64,000 nt of DNA from Candidatus Terrybacteria bacterium RIFCSPHIGHO2_01_FULL_48_17 (GCA_001822835.1 MHSS01000005.1:1719-65718); one strand, 5' to 3'. Shown: positions 8,846 to 19,239, numbered from the stretch's first letter. Notes: generated by a model from the sequence alone, not told the origin. Numbers and translations: made by a program.

Positions 8846-10915
8846 TTAAATTCCAAGTTCTTCGTGAAAGACCTGACGCGCCTTTTCCGGTCCGCGGTCG
8901 GGATTCCTCACAGTATCCCCTACGAATCGGACTTCGGACATAAAGATGCGACCCTTGTGGGAAAGTGTACGGACGTACCCGACGCCCACATCAAGATTTT
9001 TAAGAAGGCTCTTCTCAAATCCGGTCATCCAAACGATCGTGCCAACCTGTAGTACGACCCGCTGTCCGTGGGTGGCGCTCCATTCCTCCACGGCAACTGC
9101 CACGTGGAAATTACCCTCGATGATAAGCTGACAATCGGAAGTTTCCAGACATTCCTGCGCACGCTGAGATGAGGCCTTTGTTCGTGCTTTGTAAGGGTGG
9201 AACATTTCAAGACACAGGCCCGACGGAAGGCGATATTTCTCGCATTGCACCACGTGTTCCGCGACAAGATCACGGAGCCCGCGCAGCACGATGTCGTGCC
9301 TGTACAAAAGCTTACCAATACCGCGCGCTACCGTATCAATAATTGTATCCCGGAAAATCCTCAATGGTTCATGGCCGTCTCGCGTTTGCCAATCATCATG
9401 GTTTCCGCGACGGAAAAGAAAAAGAATCAAACAGGCCGAAATAAGCGAACGAAGCTCCTCGTCGGAGGGCTTACGGGATGAGAAATTTGCAAACGCTCCG
9501 CGAAAACGCTCCCTAAATACCTTCAACATCACCTGAGCGCAAAGACGTCCGCTTAACTCCTCTTGATAGGTGTAGCTCTCAAAACCAGGAACAACCTCGC
9601 CCCGCAGCGTCAAATAATGATAGAGGCCCTGTATAAGGTCTCCCGCAATCGCAAGAACGTTCGTGCCGCTTTCAAGTATCAGTTCAGGAACACGGTTAAG
9701 GAAAAACTCATATTCGGTAAATGCGGAGCCGCCATGAAGACATGCTGCCGCAACCACCTTATCTTCCCGAAGTTCCCCCAAAGGAGGCAAGGGACATCGA
9801 AGTTCCCACTGAATCCATTCGGGATCAAAATCATAGCGCTGGGAATTCCCGTCAAAGAGAATCTTGGGCTGAAGACCGCTTCGATTATATCGGGCGATCT
9901 CGCGAGCAATGGTGCGACGACGAATGCCAAGCACATCCTCAAGGCGTCCAATAGTGCGGGGACCATATGTTTTGAGCTGCGCAAAAGTTTCCTTCAGCAC
10001 CGGGGTGGCTGCTTCAGGTACCGGGATCATTTCCCGCTCGTTTGCGGCAATATCCTTAAGACTATAAGTGCGGAAGGAGAATTCGGGAACCGGGGGATCG
10101 CGATCCTCCAGAAGCCGAAATTCCAACACACGAATCCCCACCTGGTTCTCGGTCGTGATAGTTTCGTCAGGTACGTGGGCCATCGGTACCGACATCCAAG
10201 GTTCGGATGATTCTCCCACAGGACGCGCCACAGAAGTACCGCCACAGTCGCTAGACCAAATGGCAGGGGGTTTCTGTTTGGATTGTTTTCGTTTTTCTCG
10301 GATGAAGCGTTCTGGACGCACGGAGTAGTTTGCAACTCCACCAAGCTGTGCAACGCCGCGGTGCGGCAGCACTACCCAAAGATCATCGCCCCGATCAAAT
10401 TCCCGGAGCTTTTCAAGCCCCTTAAGATCAAGGCGACCACTCGTTTCATCCCAAAAACGGACGTCATCAAGATTGTACGGCTCCTGCCGCCTAATTTCTG
10501 CGAGACGTGCCGCGACCTCCTTGCCAATTATGCCATCGTAATTGGTGGCGGGACTCGTAAAGATGTAATACTTCACAAGATGGCCGCGCTTGTTGCGAAT
10601 CTCGGGCAAAAGTCGTGCAAGATTTTGCGCGGTCTGCTCAACAAGCTCTTCGTATGCTTCCGCGCGCTTTTTACCGGCTCCCTTGGGAAGCTTTGCAAGA
10701 AGATGTTTTGAAGAAACGAGACCTCCTTGGATAATCACAAACTTCGCCTCGTCTATGCCGGTAGCAATTGTCTTTAATGCATCCAGTATCCAGCGACGGA
10801 AACCCGGACGGCCGTAATCAAGCCGTGAAATAACGGCAACCGCTTCTCCATGCTTTTCAGACATCAGAGTCACCTCTTCCTTTTTTTTCTTTACAAGGTT
10901 CTCGTGTGCCTTCAC
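8846..10915 (-). CDS. large multidomain protein (689 aa): N-terminal unknown region, central HTH-like segment, C-terminal calcineurin-like metallophosphoesterase domain
   Basis: Metallophosphatase motifs are present: LAIAGDLIQG (GD), FRRGNHDD (GNHD/E) and EGNFHVAV (GH.H-like). An HTH-like stretch is RTIGRLEDVLGIRRRTIAREIARY. The N-terminal 330 aa are not recognisable. Confidence 0.55.
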   Translation of the reverse strand: MKAHENLVKKKKEEVTLMSEKHGEAVAVISRLDYGRPGFRRWILDALKTIATGIDEAKFVIIQGGLVSSKHLLAKLPKGAGKKRAEAYEELVEQTAQNLARLLPEIRNKRGHLVKYYIFTSPATNYDGIIGKEVAARLAEIRRQEPYNLDDVRFWDETSGRLDLKGLEKLREFDRGDDLWVVLPHRGVAQLGGVANYSVRPERFIREKRKQSKQKPPAIWSSDCGGTSVARPVGESSEPWMSVPMAHVPDETITTENQVGIRVLEFRLLEDRDPPVPEFSFRTYSLKDIAANEREMIPVPEAATPVLKETFAQLKTYGPRTIGRLEDVLGIRRRTIAREIARYNRSGLQPKILFDGNSQRYDFDPEWIQWELRCPLPPLGELREDKVVAAACLHGGSAFTEYEFFLNRVPELILESGTNVLAIAGDLIQGLYHYLTLRGEVVPGFESYTYQEELSGRLCAQVMLKVFRERFRGAFANFSSRKPSDEELRSLISACLILFLFRRGNHDDWQTRDGHEPLRIFRDTIIDTVARGIGKLLYRHDIVLRGLRDLVAEHVVQCEKYRLPSGLCLEMFHPYKARTKASSQRAQECLETSDCQLIIEGNFHVAVAVEEWSATHGQRVVLQVGTIVWMTGFEKSLLKNLDVGVGYVRTLSHKGRIFMSEVRFVGDTVRNPDRGPEKARQVFHEELGI

Positions 10916-10942
10916 CGTAGCAAATGGGGGCTATCACGTCAA

Positions 10943-10966
10943 GACAAAACCCGCAGGTTATGCGGG
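10943..10966 (-). terminator. rho-independent terminator after pyrE
   Basis: cccgca-ggtta-tgcggg stem-loop. On the minus strand it is followed by UUUUGUCUU. Confidence 0.5.
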
Positions 10967-10974
10967 TGAATACA

Positions 10975-11511
10975 TTATGTGAGTTTAAGAAGCTCGCTCA
11001 GCGTAAACACGCGATGCAGACGTATCTCTAAGGAAGAAAGAAGCTTTTCGGCGCCTTGCTGGCGATCTACTGCAACTAAGGCGTCCTTTACCACCAAACC
11101 TTCCTTTCGCAAAATGCGTGCCGCAAACGTGATACTCTGTCCCGTCGTGGCAACATCATCTATGAGCAACACTCGTTTTGTTTTTTCGTATAAGCCAAGA
11201 ATAGGAAGATCTAGGCCCGTTTGCTTTCGCTCCAGTACCGGGCTTAACGACGGTATGCCGGATAAGATCTCAATTGCCCCAACCAGTCGAGAGGGTGCGG
11301 TGGGCACATCGGCAATATAATCACACGAAGTTTTTATTGCCTTCATGACTACAAGCATCGCACGGGCAAGGCGTACAAATGTTTTAAAACGAGAAGGCAC
11401 GCGTCGAAGATCGACATATACGGACGCGTCTTGCCCTCCGGAAAGCAAAAAATCTCCGCGCTGTACGCACCCCATCGCTACCAATTCGCGCGCCAAGAGT
11501 ATGTTTCTCAA
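10975..11511 (-). CDS. pyrE: orotate phosphoribosyltransferase, TTG start
   Basis: PRT motif LLIDDVATTGQS and an N-terminus reading LARELVAMGCVQRGDFLLSGGQDASVYVD. The TTG at 11511 is preceded by AAGGAGGG 5 nt upstream, just after the TAA of the upstream gene. Confidence 0.85.
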   Translation of the reverse strand: MRNILLARELVAMGCVQRGDFLLSGGQDASVYVDLRRVPSRFKTFVRLARAMLVVMKAIKTSCDYIADVPTAPSRLVGAIEILSGIPSLSPVLERKQTGLDLPILGLYEKTKRVLLIDDVATTGQSITFAARILRKEGLVVKDALVAVDRQQGAEKLLSSLEIRLHRVFTLSELLKLT

Positions 11512-11527
11512 TAAACCCTCCTTTTTC

Positions 11528-12793
11528 TTATGAGAACACCAGCTGTCGTTGTACGAACCATACCGCAATCGCAACAATATATCCTGCAATCGCAGGAAGC
11601 GTTGCGATGCGAAGGTAGGCACCAAAAGTTAGATCTTTTACCATTCCCATAGCGATAACTCCTGCTGCGGACCCGATAACAAGTATTGAGCCGCCGATGC
11701 CTGCCGTGAGCGCAAGCAACACCCATATACTCGGATCAGATGTTTTTATAATTTCGATTGCTGCGGCAGTTAAAGGAATATTATCAACCACTGCAGAAAA
11801 CACTCCAAGTGCCGTGCTTCCCGCAACGAGCCGGATAAAAGACGGACTTTCTCCAAAAAGCATCTGCGACGCATCCTCCAGCAAGCCCACATGCCCTAGC
11901 GCCCCAACCGCCAAAAGAATACCTGCAAAAAACAGCAAGCTTTCCGAGTTAACTTCTTGAAAGATTTTTTTCATGGTAATTGTCAAATGCGTTTCTCTCG
12001 GTCCGAAGTTTCGGAACAGAAGAATAAAAGCATAGGTCAGGCCAATCCCCGCAAAAAGTCCAAAATAGGGCTCAAGCCCCATTTCGCTGAACATCACGGG
12101 CAGCGAAAAAGATCCGAGCGCTACGCCAATAATGCATCGTTCTGACCACGACAGCGAAACTTCTTCCGCAGAAAGATCGCGGGTGCTATGTTTCATGCCT
12201 CGCGCCAACAGCCAGGTACTCACCAAAAGCATGCTTAACGAAGGAAAAAACCCTTCAGTAATAACCTGTTGTGCCGAGAACTTGCCGGCGAGCCACAGCA
12301 TAATGGTGGTTACGTCACCTATGGGAGAAAAGGCACCCCCAGCGTTTGCGGCGATCACAATGCCCGTAACGGCAATAAGCAGGTTTTTGCCGCGAAAGAA
12401 GCGAAGGGCAATTTGTACCATAACAATGGTGGCCGTTAAGTTATCAATCACTGCCGAAAGCCCAAAGGTAAGCACTCCCAATGCCCAAAATTGCTGAAGA
12501 TCCGTAAGGCCAAGTTTGAGCAGGTGCGCCCGGATAAAGTCAAACAGCCGATAGTGAGCCAATATCCCGACCAGCATCATGGCGGCAAACAGAAAAAATA
12601 CGAACCCAAAAATCTCGCCGCCAAGCGCTTGTGTTTCCTCTTTCAACGTATCGCCTTGCCAGAGCGCAATTACAAGCCATAGCGCGACCCCCAAGGATGC
12701 TGCTGTTACGGCTTTGGGAAGGTACCAACGGTGCTCAAGAACGATCAGTGCGTATCCCGACAGAAAAAAGCCCAGAACCACTGCCTCGAACAT
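11528..12793 (-). CDS. ArsB/NhaD-superfamily ion transporter permease
   Basis: 421-aa polytopic membrane protein with an internal repeat typical of the NhaD/ArsB/CitMHS fold (VIDNLTATIVM ... VVDNIPLTAAAIEI). Confidence 0.7.
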   Translation of the reverse strand: MFEAVVLGFFLSGYALIVLEHRWYLPKAVTAASLGVALWLVIALWQGDTLKEETQALGGEIFGFVFFLFAAMMLVGILAHYRLFDFIRAHLLKLGLTDLQQFWALGVLTFGLSAVIDNLTATIVMVQIALRFFRGKNLLIAVTGIVIAANAGGAFSPIGDVTTIMLWLAGKFSAQQVITEGFFPSLSMLLVSTWLLARGMKHSTRDLSAEEVSLSWSERCIIGVALGSFSLPVMFSEMGLEPYFGLFAGIGLTYAFILLFRNFGPRETHLTITMKKIFQEVNSESLLFFAGILLAVGALGHVGLLEDASQMLFGESPSFIRLVAGSTALGVFSAVVDNIPLTAAAIEIIKTSDPSIWVLLALTAGIGGSILVIGSAAGVIAMGMVKDLTFGAYLRIATLPAIAGYIVAIAVWFVQRQLVFS

Positions 12794-12854
12794 TCCGCCT
12801 CCTTTTTATCAAAGAACTTGTTGGTAATATTATACGCGAAATGAGTTAGGAAGT

Positions 12855-12888
12855 CAAGAAAAAGAAAACCTCCACGTTCTCGTGGAGG
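12855..12888 (-). terminator. rho-independent terminator after the A-type Fe-S carrier gene
   Basis: cctccacg-ttct-cgtggagg stem. On the minus strand it is followed by UUUUCUUUUUCUU. Confidence 0.55.
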
Positions 12889-12919
12889 GAAAAAAATTAG
12901 TGATTACACTTCGGCTGGC

Positions 12920-13282
12920 TCAATGCGAGCATGGACGAGGCGTTCCGCCTCCATCATCAGCATCGAATGATTGGCCGCATGCGCAGGACTTTGTCGCGTT
13001 TGGGTTGAAAATGGTGAAACCCGAGCGCATCACGTCCTCATGGTAATCGATTTCAGCGCCGTCAAGCAATGGGGCGCTGTCTGGGTCAATGACGAGTTTC
13101 ACGCCATGCTGTTGTGTAATCAAATCTTCCTCATCAACCGTTTTTACAAGCGCCATGCCGTATTGATAGCCAGAGCATCCGCCACCAACCACAAATACAC
13201 GCAGGTAGCCGTCCTCAATTCCCTTTTCTGCAAGAAGCGCTTTTGCTTTTTCTGCTGCTTGTTCGGTAACCGTCAGGTTCAC
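12920..13282 (-). CDS. A-type iron-sulfur cluster insertion protein (IscA/ErpA/HesB family)
   Basis: VFVVGGGCSGYQYG and C-terminal CACGQSF cysteine motifs. A 14-aa extra C-terminal tail follows. Confidence 0.8.
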   Translation of the reverse strand: MNLTVTEQAAEKAKALLAEKGIEDGYLRVFVVGGGCSGYQYGMALVKTVDEEDLITQQHGVKLVIDPDSAPLLDGAEIDYHEDVMRSGFTIFNPNATKSCACGQSFDADDGGGTPRPCSH

Positions 13283-13401
13283 GGCTTACTCCTTCTTTCT
13301 TTCGGAAGTGACAACGCGCGTCTATACACGTATTTCATACTTCTTCTTTTTTCAAGCCGCCCTCATGATATGCTGTCCCATGTTTTGCGTCAAGCACCGC
13401 C

Positions 13402-14220
13402 GTGGTGTATGAATACTCTATGAGGTTCCTCCCCATCATCTTTTTTGGATCTTTGGGAATCGCAATGGTTAGCGCAGCGATTTTGAGCGTAGATCGAGCG
13501 GGCATTATTGATATCCCAAGCCCGATACGTTTTTTGCATGAACAACAACAAGAGGTCTCACTGCCTGAAGCGCAAACGTATACACCGCAAACAGCTTTTC
13601 CTGCTGCGGGAAAACAAGAGGATGATGCTGCCCAAACCATCCCCAGAGATACGCTCCCCATAGAAATAAATCTTTCTGTTCCCTTTACCTCACAGGCACC
13701 GCATCAAAACTGGGAAATGCCTTGGCAAGAATATTGTGAGGAAGCGTCAGTTCTTATGGCCGGACACTATTTTTTAGGAAAGAATATCCCAAACGCTAAC
13801 TATGCCGATCAGGAACTGCATCGTATTCAAGCGTTTGAGGAAGAACGATTAGGATACTATAAAGATACCACCGCGGAAGAAACGGCGATGGTACTTCGTG
13901 AATTTTATGGCGTGGCCAATGTAGTGGTAGAAGAAGCGAGCATTGAAAGAATGAGACAAGCGGTTGCACAGGGCAAGCTTGTTTTGGTACCTGCGGCCGG
14001 AAGACAACTTGGCAATCCTTACTTTACCCAACCGGGGCCCTTGTATCACATGCTCGTCATCAAAGGATATACTAAAGACGGACGTTTCATTACTAACGAC
14101 CCAGGCACCCGACGCGGAGAAAATTACCTATACAATCCCGAGGTAATCCTTAATGCTGCGCACGATTGGAACGACGGCGATGTTGAACACGGAGCAAAAG
14201 TAATGATTGTTGCTGGATAG
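13402..14220 (+). CDS. secreted/membrane-anchored Peptidase_C39-like (C39_2) domain protein
   Basis: N-terminal hydrophobic anchor, then SVPFTSQAPHQNW...YCEEASVLM and a downstream His (LYHMLVIKGY), consistent with C39_2-type cysteine peptidases. Confidence 0.5.
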   Translation: MVYEYSMRFLPIIFFGSLGIAMVSAAILSVDRAGIIDIPSPIRFLHEQQQEVSLPEAQTYTPQTAFPAAGKQEDDAAQTIPRDTLPIEINLSVPFTSQAPHQNWEMPWQEYCEEASVLMAGHYFLGKNIPNANYADQELHRIQAFEEERLGYYKDTTAEETAMVLREFYGVANVVVEEASIERMRQAVAQGKLVLVPAAGRQLGNPYFTQPGPLYHMLVIKGYTKDGRFITNDPGTRRGENYLYNPEVILNAAHDWNDGDVEHGAKVMIVAG

Positions 14221-14292
14221 ATCTTCTTCTATTATCAATAACAATGCACGCGCCTTTTGAGAGGCCGTGCATTTTTTGCAAAACGATCTTTC

Positions 14293-15531
14293 TTATTCGT
14301 ACCTTAGCGCTTCTACGGGATCCAGGCGCGCGGCTCTGCGCGCCGGATATAATCCAAAAACAATACCTACTCCCGTAGATACCAAAAGCCCGATAACCAT
14401 TGCTTGAAACGGAAACACGAATTTCCACGAAGCGCCCAAGGCAGCGGATAATGCAAAAGATGCGGCGTACCCTAAGATAACGCCAAGCAAAATTCCCACA
14501 ACCCCTCCGGTTGCGGTAAGCAAAACCGCCTCCAAAAGAAACTGGCTTAAAATATCACGATTGGTTGCGCCGACTGCTTTTCGGATACCAATTTCACGAG
14601 TCCGTTCGGTAACCGAAACAAGCATAATGTTCATAATGCCGATACCGCCCACCACAAGCGATATTGCCGCCACTGCGGTCAACAACGCCGTCAAAACACC
14701 CGTTACAATAGAAACACGCTCGGCGGCATCGGCCGGCGTGGTAATATGGAAATCGTCTTTGTCGGGATCAGAAATTCCATGGTTTGCTCGCAAAAGTGCC
14801 GCGATATCTAAGGCGACGCGATCAATAACATCTTCGCTTTCAACACGAATTACAATCGCTTGGAAAAAATCGGTTCCGGTCAAATACTGTTGGGCGGCGG
14901 TATAAGGCACCATGATAAAATCGTCCACATTAAAAAAACCCGTGCTCCCAAGACGCGGTATTACCCCAACGACTTTAAAATTCACGTTTTTTATTTTAAT
15001 GATTTGCCCTACGGCTTCCGATTCGCCAAAAAGTTTGGAGCGCACCTCGGCACCCAAAACCGCAACAAGCGCTCGTTGGCGTAAATCCTCATCCGTAAAA
15101 AACATGCCCTCTTCCGGAAATACTTCGAGGATCTCTGCAAAAAGTTTTGTGGTACCAATAGTGCTTGCGCGCGTACTCTCGTTGCGCCAATTAACGGTAT
15201 AGTTGCCAATAACCTCCGGTGAAACATCGGTAATGCCCGGAACGTTCCCCGGCATACTTAATGCCTTTACGTCCTTTTCTTTCAAGGAATCCGTGAAAAG
15301 TTCAACTAAATCAGACGGACCGCTTGGCTCCCTTCCGGGCTCAATAAACATTGTCCTTGACCCAAACCCCTCTAGTTGCCCTAAAATAAGCGCCTCTGCC
15401 CCCTGCCCTACAGAAACAATAAGCATAATCGAGGTTATCCCGATCACAATACCAAGAATGGTTAATAACGAACGCGATACGTTCGCACTAAGCGCCCGCA
15501 CTGCAATACGAAAAAGATCGATGGCCGTCAT
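14293..15531 (-). CDS. ABC transporter permease, FtsX/MacB-like
   Basis: N-terminal TM helix, large periplasmic domain, and a C-terminal FtsX 3-TM bundle with the REIGIRKAVGAT motif. Confidence 0.85.
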   Translation of the reverse strand: MTAIDLFRIAVRALSANVSRSLLTILGIVIGITSIMLIVSVGQGAEALILGQLEGFGSRTMFIEPGREPSGPSDLVELFTDSLKEKDVKALSMPGNVPGITDVSPEVIGNYTVNWRNESTRASTIGTTKLFAEILEVFPEEGMFFTDEDLRQRALVAVLGAEVRSKLFGESEAVGQIIKIKNVNFKVVGVIPRLGSTGFFNVDDFIMVPYTAAQQYLTGTDFFQAIVIRVESEDVIDRVALDIAALLRANHGISDPDKDDFHITTPADAAERVSIVTGVLTALLTAVAAISLVVGGIGIMNIMLVSVTERTREIGIRKAVGATNRDILSQFLLEAVLLTATGGVVGILLGVILGYAASFALSAALGASWKFVFPFQAMVIGLLVSTGVGIVFGLYPARRAARLDPVEALRYE

Positions 15532-15540
15532 AACTCTTAT

Positions 15541-16257
15541 CTATTTGAGAAATTCGTGATCGTGTGCAATCCGACGTTCTTTGACGCCGGAATCGTTCTC
15601 AATTTTCCCATCACGCATAAAAATAATACGCTGCGCATGTTGGGCGGTATAGGTTTCGTGGGTTACCAACACAACCGTATGTCCCGCCCGATTAAGTTCT
15701 TGCAAGAGTTTCATAATTTGAATGCCCGAGTTTGAATCGAGGTTTCCGGTGGGCTCGTCCGCAAAAATTACCGAGGGTTCGTTCACCATAGCGCGCGCGA
15801 TCGCAACCCGTTGTTTCTCCCCTCCGGATAATTGATTGGAAAAATGCTGCAGTCGGTGCGACAAGCCAACCTGTTCGATAACCTGGCGCGCCTTGTTGTT
15901 GCGTTCACGCACGGACATATGTGCGTAGACCAAAGGCAGCATGACGTTGTTCAAAACGCTTGTACGACCCAACAAATTAAAGGATTGAAATACAAACCCC
16001 ATGCGGGTATTGCGTACATGGGCAAGCGCATCGTCGGATAGCTCTTCAATTGCTTTACCCTCAAAACGATACACGCCCCGGGAAGGTCGATCAAGGAAAC
16101 TTAAAATGTGAAGCAGAGTGGATTTCCCCGAGCCCGACGGCCCCATGATGGCAACGAACTCTCCTTTATTAATCCCAAAAGAAATACCGCGCAACGCGTA
16201 CGTTGCGCTTCCGTCCTCGTTATACGCTTTCTCAACGTTTGAAACGTCAATAAGCAT
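15541..16257 (-). CDS. ABC transporter ATP-binding protein, MacB/LolD type
   Basis: Walker [10 protein letters not shown], signature [14 protein letters not shown], Walker [12 protein letters not shown]. Confidence 0.9.
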   Translation of the reverse strand: MLIDVSNVEKAYNEDGSATYALRGISFGINKGEFVAIMGPSGSGKSTLLHILSFLDRPSRGVYRFEGKAIEELSDDALAHVRNTRMGFVFQSFNLLGRTSVLNNVMLPLVYAHMSVRERNNKARQVIEQVGLSHRLQHFSNQLSGGEKQRVAIARAMVNEPSVIFADEPTGNLDSNSGIQIMKLLQELNRAGHTVVLVTHETYTAQHAQRIIFMRDGKIENDSGVKERRIAHDHEFLK

Positions 16258-16267
16258 AAAATGCCCT

Positions 16268-17848
16268 CTATTTTTTCTCGTAATTAATAATTTCCTGGCC
16301 TTGCGAAAGTCCTTCCGTAATTTCTACCATGCCATCCAGTGTCCTAATGCCAATAGAAACCTCAATACGTTCAATTCCCTCGCGGGCAACTGTCCGCACA
16401 TAGCGCTTCCCCCCTTCCTCGATAATTGAACGTTGCGGCACAAACAAAACGTCTTCTGCTTTTTCTGTTTCAATATTCAGATTTGCCGTCATGCCGGCAC
16501 GCACGCGCTCGTCATCCGTTTCAATACTTGCTTGCAGACGATACGTCACCACGCCTCCCACGAGTTTTTGTGCCGGGTCAATAAAAAACACGGAGCCCGA
16601 ATATGCGGCATCGGGGACGGCATCTAAAGTAATCCCCACCTGGTCTCCTTGGGAAATGCGCGCTATATCCGCCTCGGGAACCTGTGCCTCGATAGAAAAC
16701 GGATCGCGCGATATAAGCCCGAGGGCAGGGACGGTTACGGAAGCGATCTCGCCCACGCGGACATCCACCTTCGTCACAATAGCTGCGGAAGGTGATTTGA
16801 GAATCCGGTCGCCCAGCGCAGCACGGGCTGCATCCAGATTGGCAGAAGCACTTGCGATCTGCGCCTCAAGCGCCGCCAAATCAACTTGACGGGGCGCTGC
16901 TTGCTTTAAGGCAAGCTGAGCTTTAGCGCTGGCAAGAGTGGCCTCGGCATTGTTGATACTCGCGTCGTTTGAGGATTTCACAGACGCGATTGCCTGCTCA
17001 TCGCTCCGCAATGTTGCAGAATAGATATCAAGGTCGGTAAGAACCGCTTGCACCGCGTCTTTGTCTGTGTCGGTTTGCAGCGCGTTATATGTTGCTTGGA
17101 CAGCCGTGCGGATTGTTACAATGTTTGTTTGCAAAGACACCAACGCCGCATCGATTGAAGCAGTGGCAGTAGAACCCGCAATAGAAGCGGCCGTGGACTT
17201 TATGGTATTGCGCGCGGAATCGGCAGGAGCCATGGATGCTTCGGCATTTTGCACTAAAGCACTCGAGATATAATAAGCACCCCACGTCTTCCAACACCAT
17301 TTAGCGATAGATGCGCATGGCTCCATGTAATCATCGAGGGTGCTCATTGCGCCATCGCTTTTTACCGAAGCATTTTGGATCGTATTAAAAGCATCTAAAT
17401 ATTCCTTCTCAAGCGCCTTGTCAGCAGCATCTCTGGCATTGACAAGCGAGGTTTCTGCAGATGCAACTGCCTGCGCTGTAACTTGTATGTCTTCATCTGA
17501 AGCACCGGCTATTTTTTGATTATAGTTGGCGCGGGCTGTTGCAAGCGCGGCCTCGGCCTGCCGCACCTGCGCCTGGGTAGAAGCGGTGTCAAGCCGCGCA
17601 AGTTCCTGGCCAGCTTCCACCTTATCGCCCACGGCAACATTTATTTTTGAAACACGGCCGGCCGCAGCAAAAGAAAGCATAACTTCCTCGGCGGGCTTTA
17701 CCGTTCCTGTTGCTAAAACTTCTTCAACCAATGTCCCGCGCTCAACTGTAACAAACTCGTATGCCGGCTCGTCTTTCCGTAAAACAAAAAAAACTACAAC
17801 ACCTAAAATTACCGCGATGCCTGTTCCCGCAATAAAAAATCGCTTCAT
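16268..17848 (-). CDS. HlyD-family periplasmic adaptor (membrane fusion protein) with long coiled-coil
   Basis: TM anchor, then lipoyl/beta-barrel segments (VGDKVEAGQELARLD ... ANLNIE) around an Ala/Gln-rich coiled-coil. It is adjacent to the ABC ATPase and permease. Start at MKRFF (17848). Confidence 0.8.
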   Translation of the reverse strand: MKRFFIAGTGIAVILGVVVFFVLRKDEPAYEFVTVERGTLVEEVLATGTVKPAEEVMLSFAAAGRVSKINVAVGDKVEAGQELARLDTASTQAQVRQAEAALATARANYNQKIAGASDEDIQVTAQAVASAETSLVNARDAADKALEKEYLDAFNTIQNASVKSDGAMSTLDDYMEPCASIAKWCWKTWGAYYISSALVQNAEASMAPADSARNTIKSTAASIAGSTATASIDAALVSLQTNIVTIRTAVQATYNALQTDTDKDAVQAVLTDLDIYSATLRSDEQAIASVKSSNDASINNAEATLASAKAQLALKQAAPRQVDLAALEAQIASASANLDAARAALGDRILKSPSAAIVTKVDVRVGEIASVTVPALGLISRDPFSIEAQVPEADIARISQGDQVGITLDAVPDAAYSGSVFFIDPAQKLVGGVVTYRLQASIETDDERVRAGMTANLNIETEKAEDVLFVPQRSIIEEGGKRYVRTVAREGIERIEVSIGIRTLDGMVEITEGLSQGQEIINYEKK

Positions 17849-17858
17849 AGCCAATTTT

Positions 17859-17867
17859 ATTATACCA
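17859..17867 (-). promoter_or_regulatory. extended -10 promoter element (TGgTATAAT) for the efflux operon; near-leaderless transcript
   Basis: The minus strand reads ctgTGgTATAATaaaattggctATG. The -10 box sits about 10 nt upstream of the start codon. Confidence 0.35.
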
Positions 17868-17942
17868 CAGCCCACCGGATCGGTGGGCTGGAAAACGATA
17901 TAAGATTTAACGACACATGCCGCGCAGGCATCCGATCACTCT

Positions 17943-18659
17943 TTACGGATGGGTCGCATGATCGCCCGGTCCGCCGCAGCCATCAGAGAGGTTCCAGACC
18001 TCGGTTAACTGTTCTCCGGTGAAACCGTAGTTTTGAATGAGTAGTTTTGCTAAGCCGCCATAGACGTACCATCGCCAACACTTACAGCAACACGGACCTT
18101 TCTCGTTGGAGTTTTGCATCGCATAATCATATGCCTGTTGTTGTCCGGGCGTTAATTCAACGTCGTAGTAAGCCGCAAGCTCCTGCGCTAACTTCGCGTC
18201 AATGTCGTAGGGGTCCGGCGGAATCTCAGGAATGTCCGCGTACTTTTTTAGGCCATCCACCTGCTCGGCATAGCGATGGGGATCCATGGCGCTGCAACAG
18301 GAGCCCTGCAATCGCTCGCTGCCGGTTGTTCCGGAAGCGATGGACTGTCGGAACGAAGCCGAACACGACGAGTTGCCGTTCTGGCTTAAATACTCAAACT
18401 TCGCCGCAAGCGCCTCAGAAACGTTTGCTGCATCTTTCGGAGTCGATCCTTGGGGAGAAAGATGGAACAACTGTTTTCCGGTTCCTGTAAAGATAAAATA
18501 TGCAGCAACGGCAGCAACACTCACAATAAGCAACGGATGGAGTTGTTTCATATGCTTTGCTGCCGGTTTTTGACTTTCATCCTGAAGATGCGCCGGCATA
18601 TCGTTTTTTGTTTCATCATCCATAGATATTGAAATTAATTTTGAAAACGGAATAACCAA
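17943..18659 (-). CDS. hypothetical membrane-anchored Cys-rich protein
   Basis: One TM helix (LLIVSVAAVAAYFIF) and Cys clusters (GSCCSAMDPH; GPCCCKCWRWYVYGG; DGCGGPGDH). No recognisable family. Confidence 0.35.
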   Translation of the reverse strand: MVIPFSKLISISMDDETKNDMPAHLQDESQKPAAKHMKQLHPLLIVSVAAVAAYFIFTGTGKQLFHLSPQGSTPKDAANVSEALAAKFEYLSQNGNSSCSASFRQSIASGTTGSERLQGSCCSAMDPHRYAEQVDGLKKYADIPEIPPDPYDIDAKLAQELAAYYDVELTPGQQQAYDYAMQNSNEKGPCCCKCWRWYVYGGLAKLLIQNYGFTGEQLTEVWNLSDGCGGPGDHATHP

Positions 18660-18759
18660 AACAAAAACTAGCGCCTAAAATCCGCGCCCAGTCGTAACCC
18701 GACTGCCTGACGGATCCGCCTATGCCACCGAAAGCGTGCTTCGGCGGACAGGTCGCGCG

Positions 18760-19194
18760 CTAGCTTAAACTAAAAGCTGGTTCGTAGAGTAACGATTGGA
18801 CAATGCCGCGTTGAAACATTCGCTCAAAGCCCGAGAGCAGACATCGCATGAGCATAAGCGTATATGTCCGCATGTGCGACAGATATGCTTTTTCAAAACT
18901 CCGAATCCCTGATTGAACTAACACAAAAACTCCAATGGAAAAAAGGAGGGATAAAAAGGTGTTGCGAAAAACCTCATTAACGATCGTTGATTGCAACGTC
19001 ACATGCAAATCGGGAAGCGGCTGAAAGAAACAGCATTTGCTGTCTGACATCGTCTGCATCGCAACGTCCATATGATCCATTCCTGCATGCGTAAAGAAAA
19101 CACAGGGCGTTAAAACCGCCCAAAGCAGCAAGAACCCGAGAACAGAAACCGCGAACTGGGAATATCCTTTCTGCATAACCACGATAATATACAC
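18760..19194 (-). CDS. hypothetical membrane protein
   Basis: 144-aa ORF with two to three hydrophobic segments. No motif recognised. Confidence 0.3.
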   Translation of the reverse strand: MYIIVVMQKGYSQFAVSVLGFLLLWAVLTPCVFFTHAGMDHMDVAMQTMSDSKCCFFQPLPDLHVTLQSTIVNEVFRNTFLSLLFSIGVFVLVQSGIRSFEKAYLSHMRTYTLMLMRCLLSGFERMFQRGIVQSLLYEPAFSLS

Positions 19195-19239
19195 GATACC
19201 ACTAACCCGTCTAGTATTCCTAAAAATTATTTTTCGATA

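Noticed and set aside
12971-13423. 150-aa plus-strand ORF antisense to the Fe-S carrier gene
   Set aside because: Shadow ORF of a well-supported gene.
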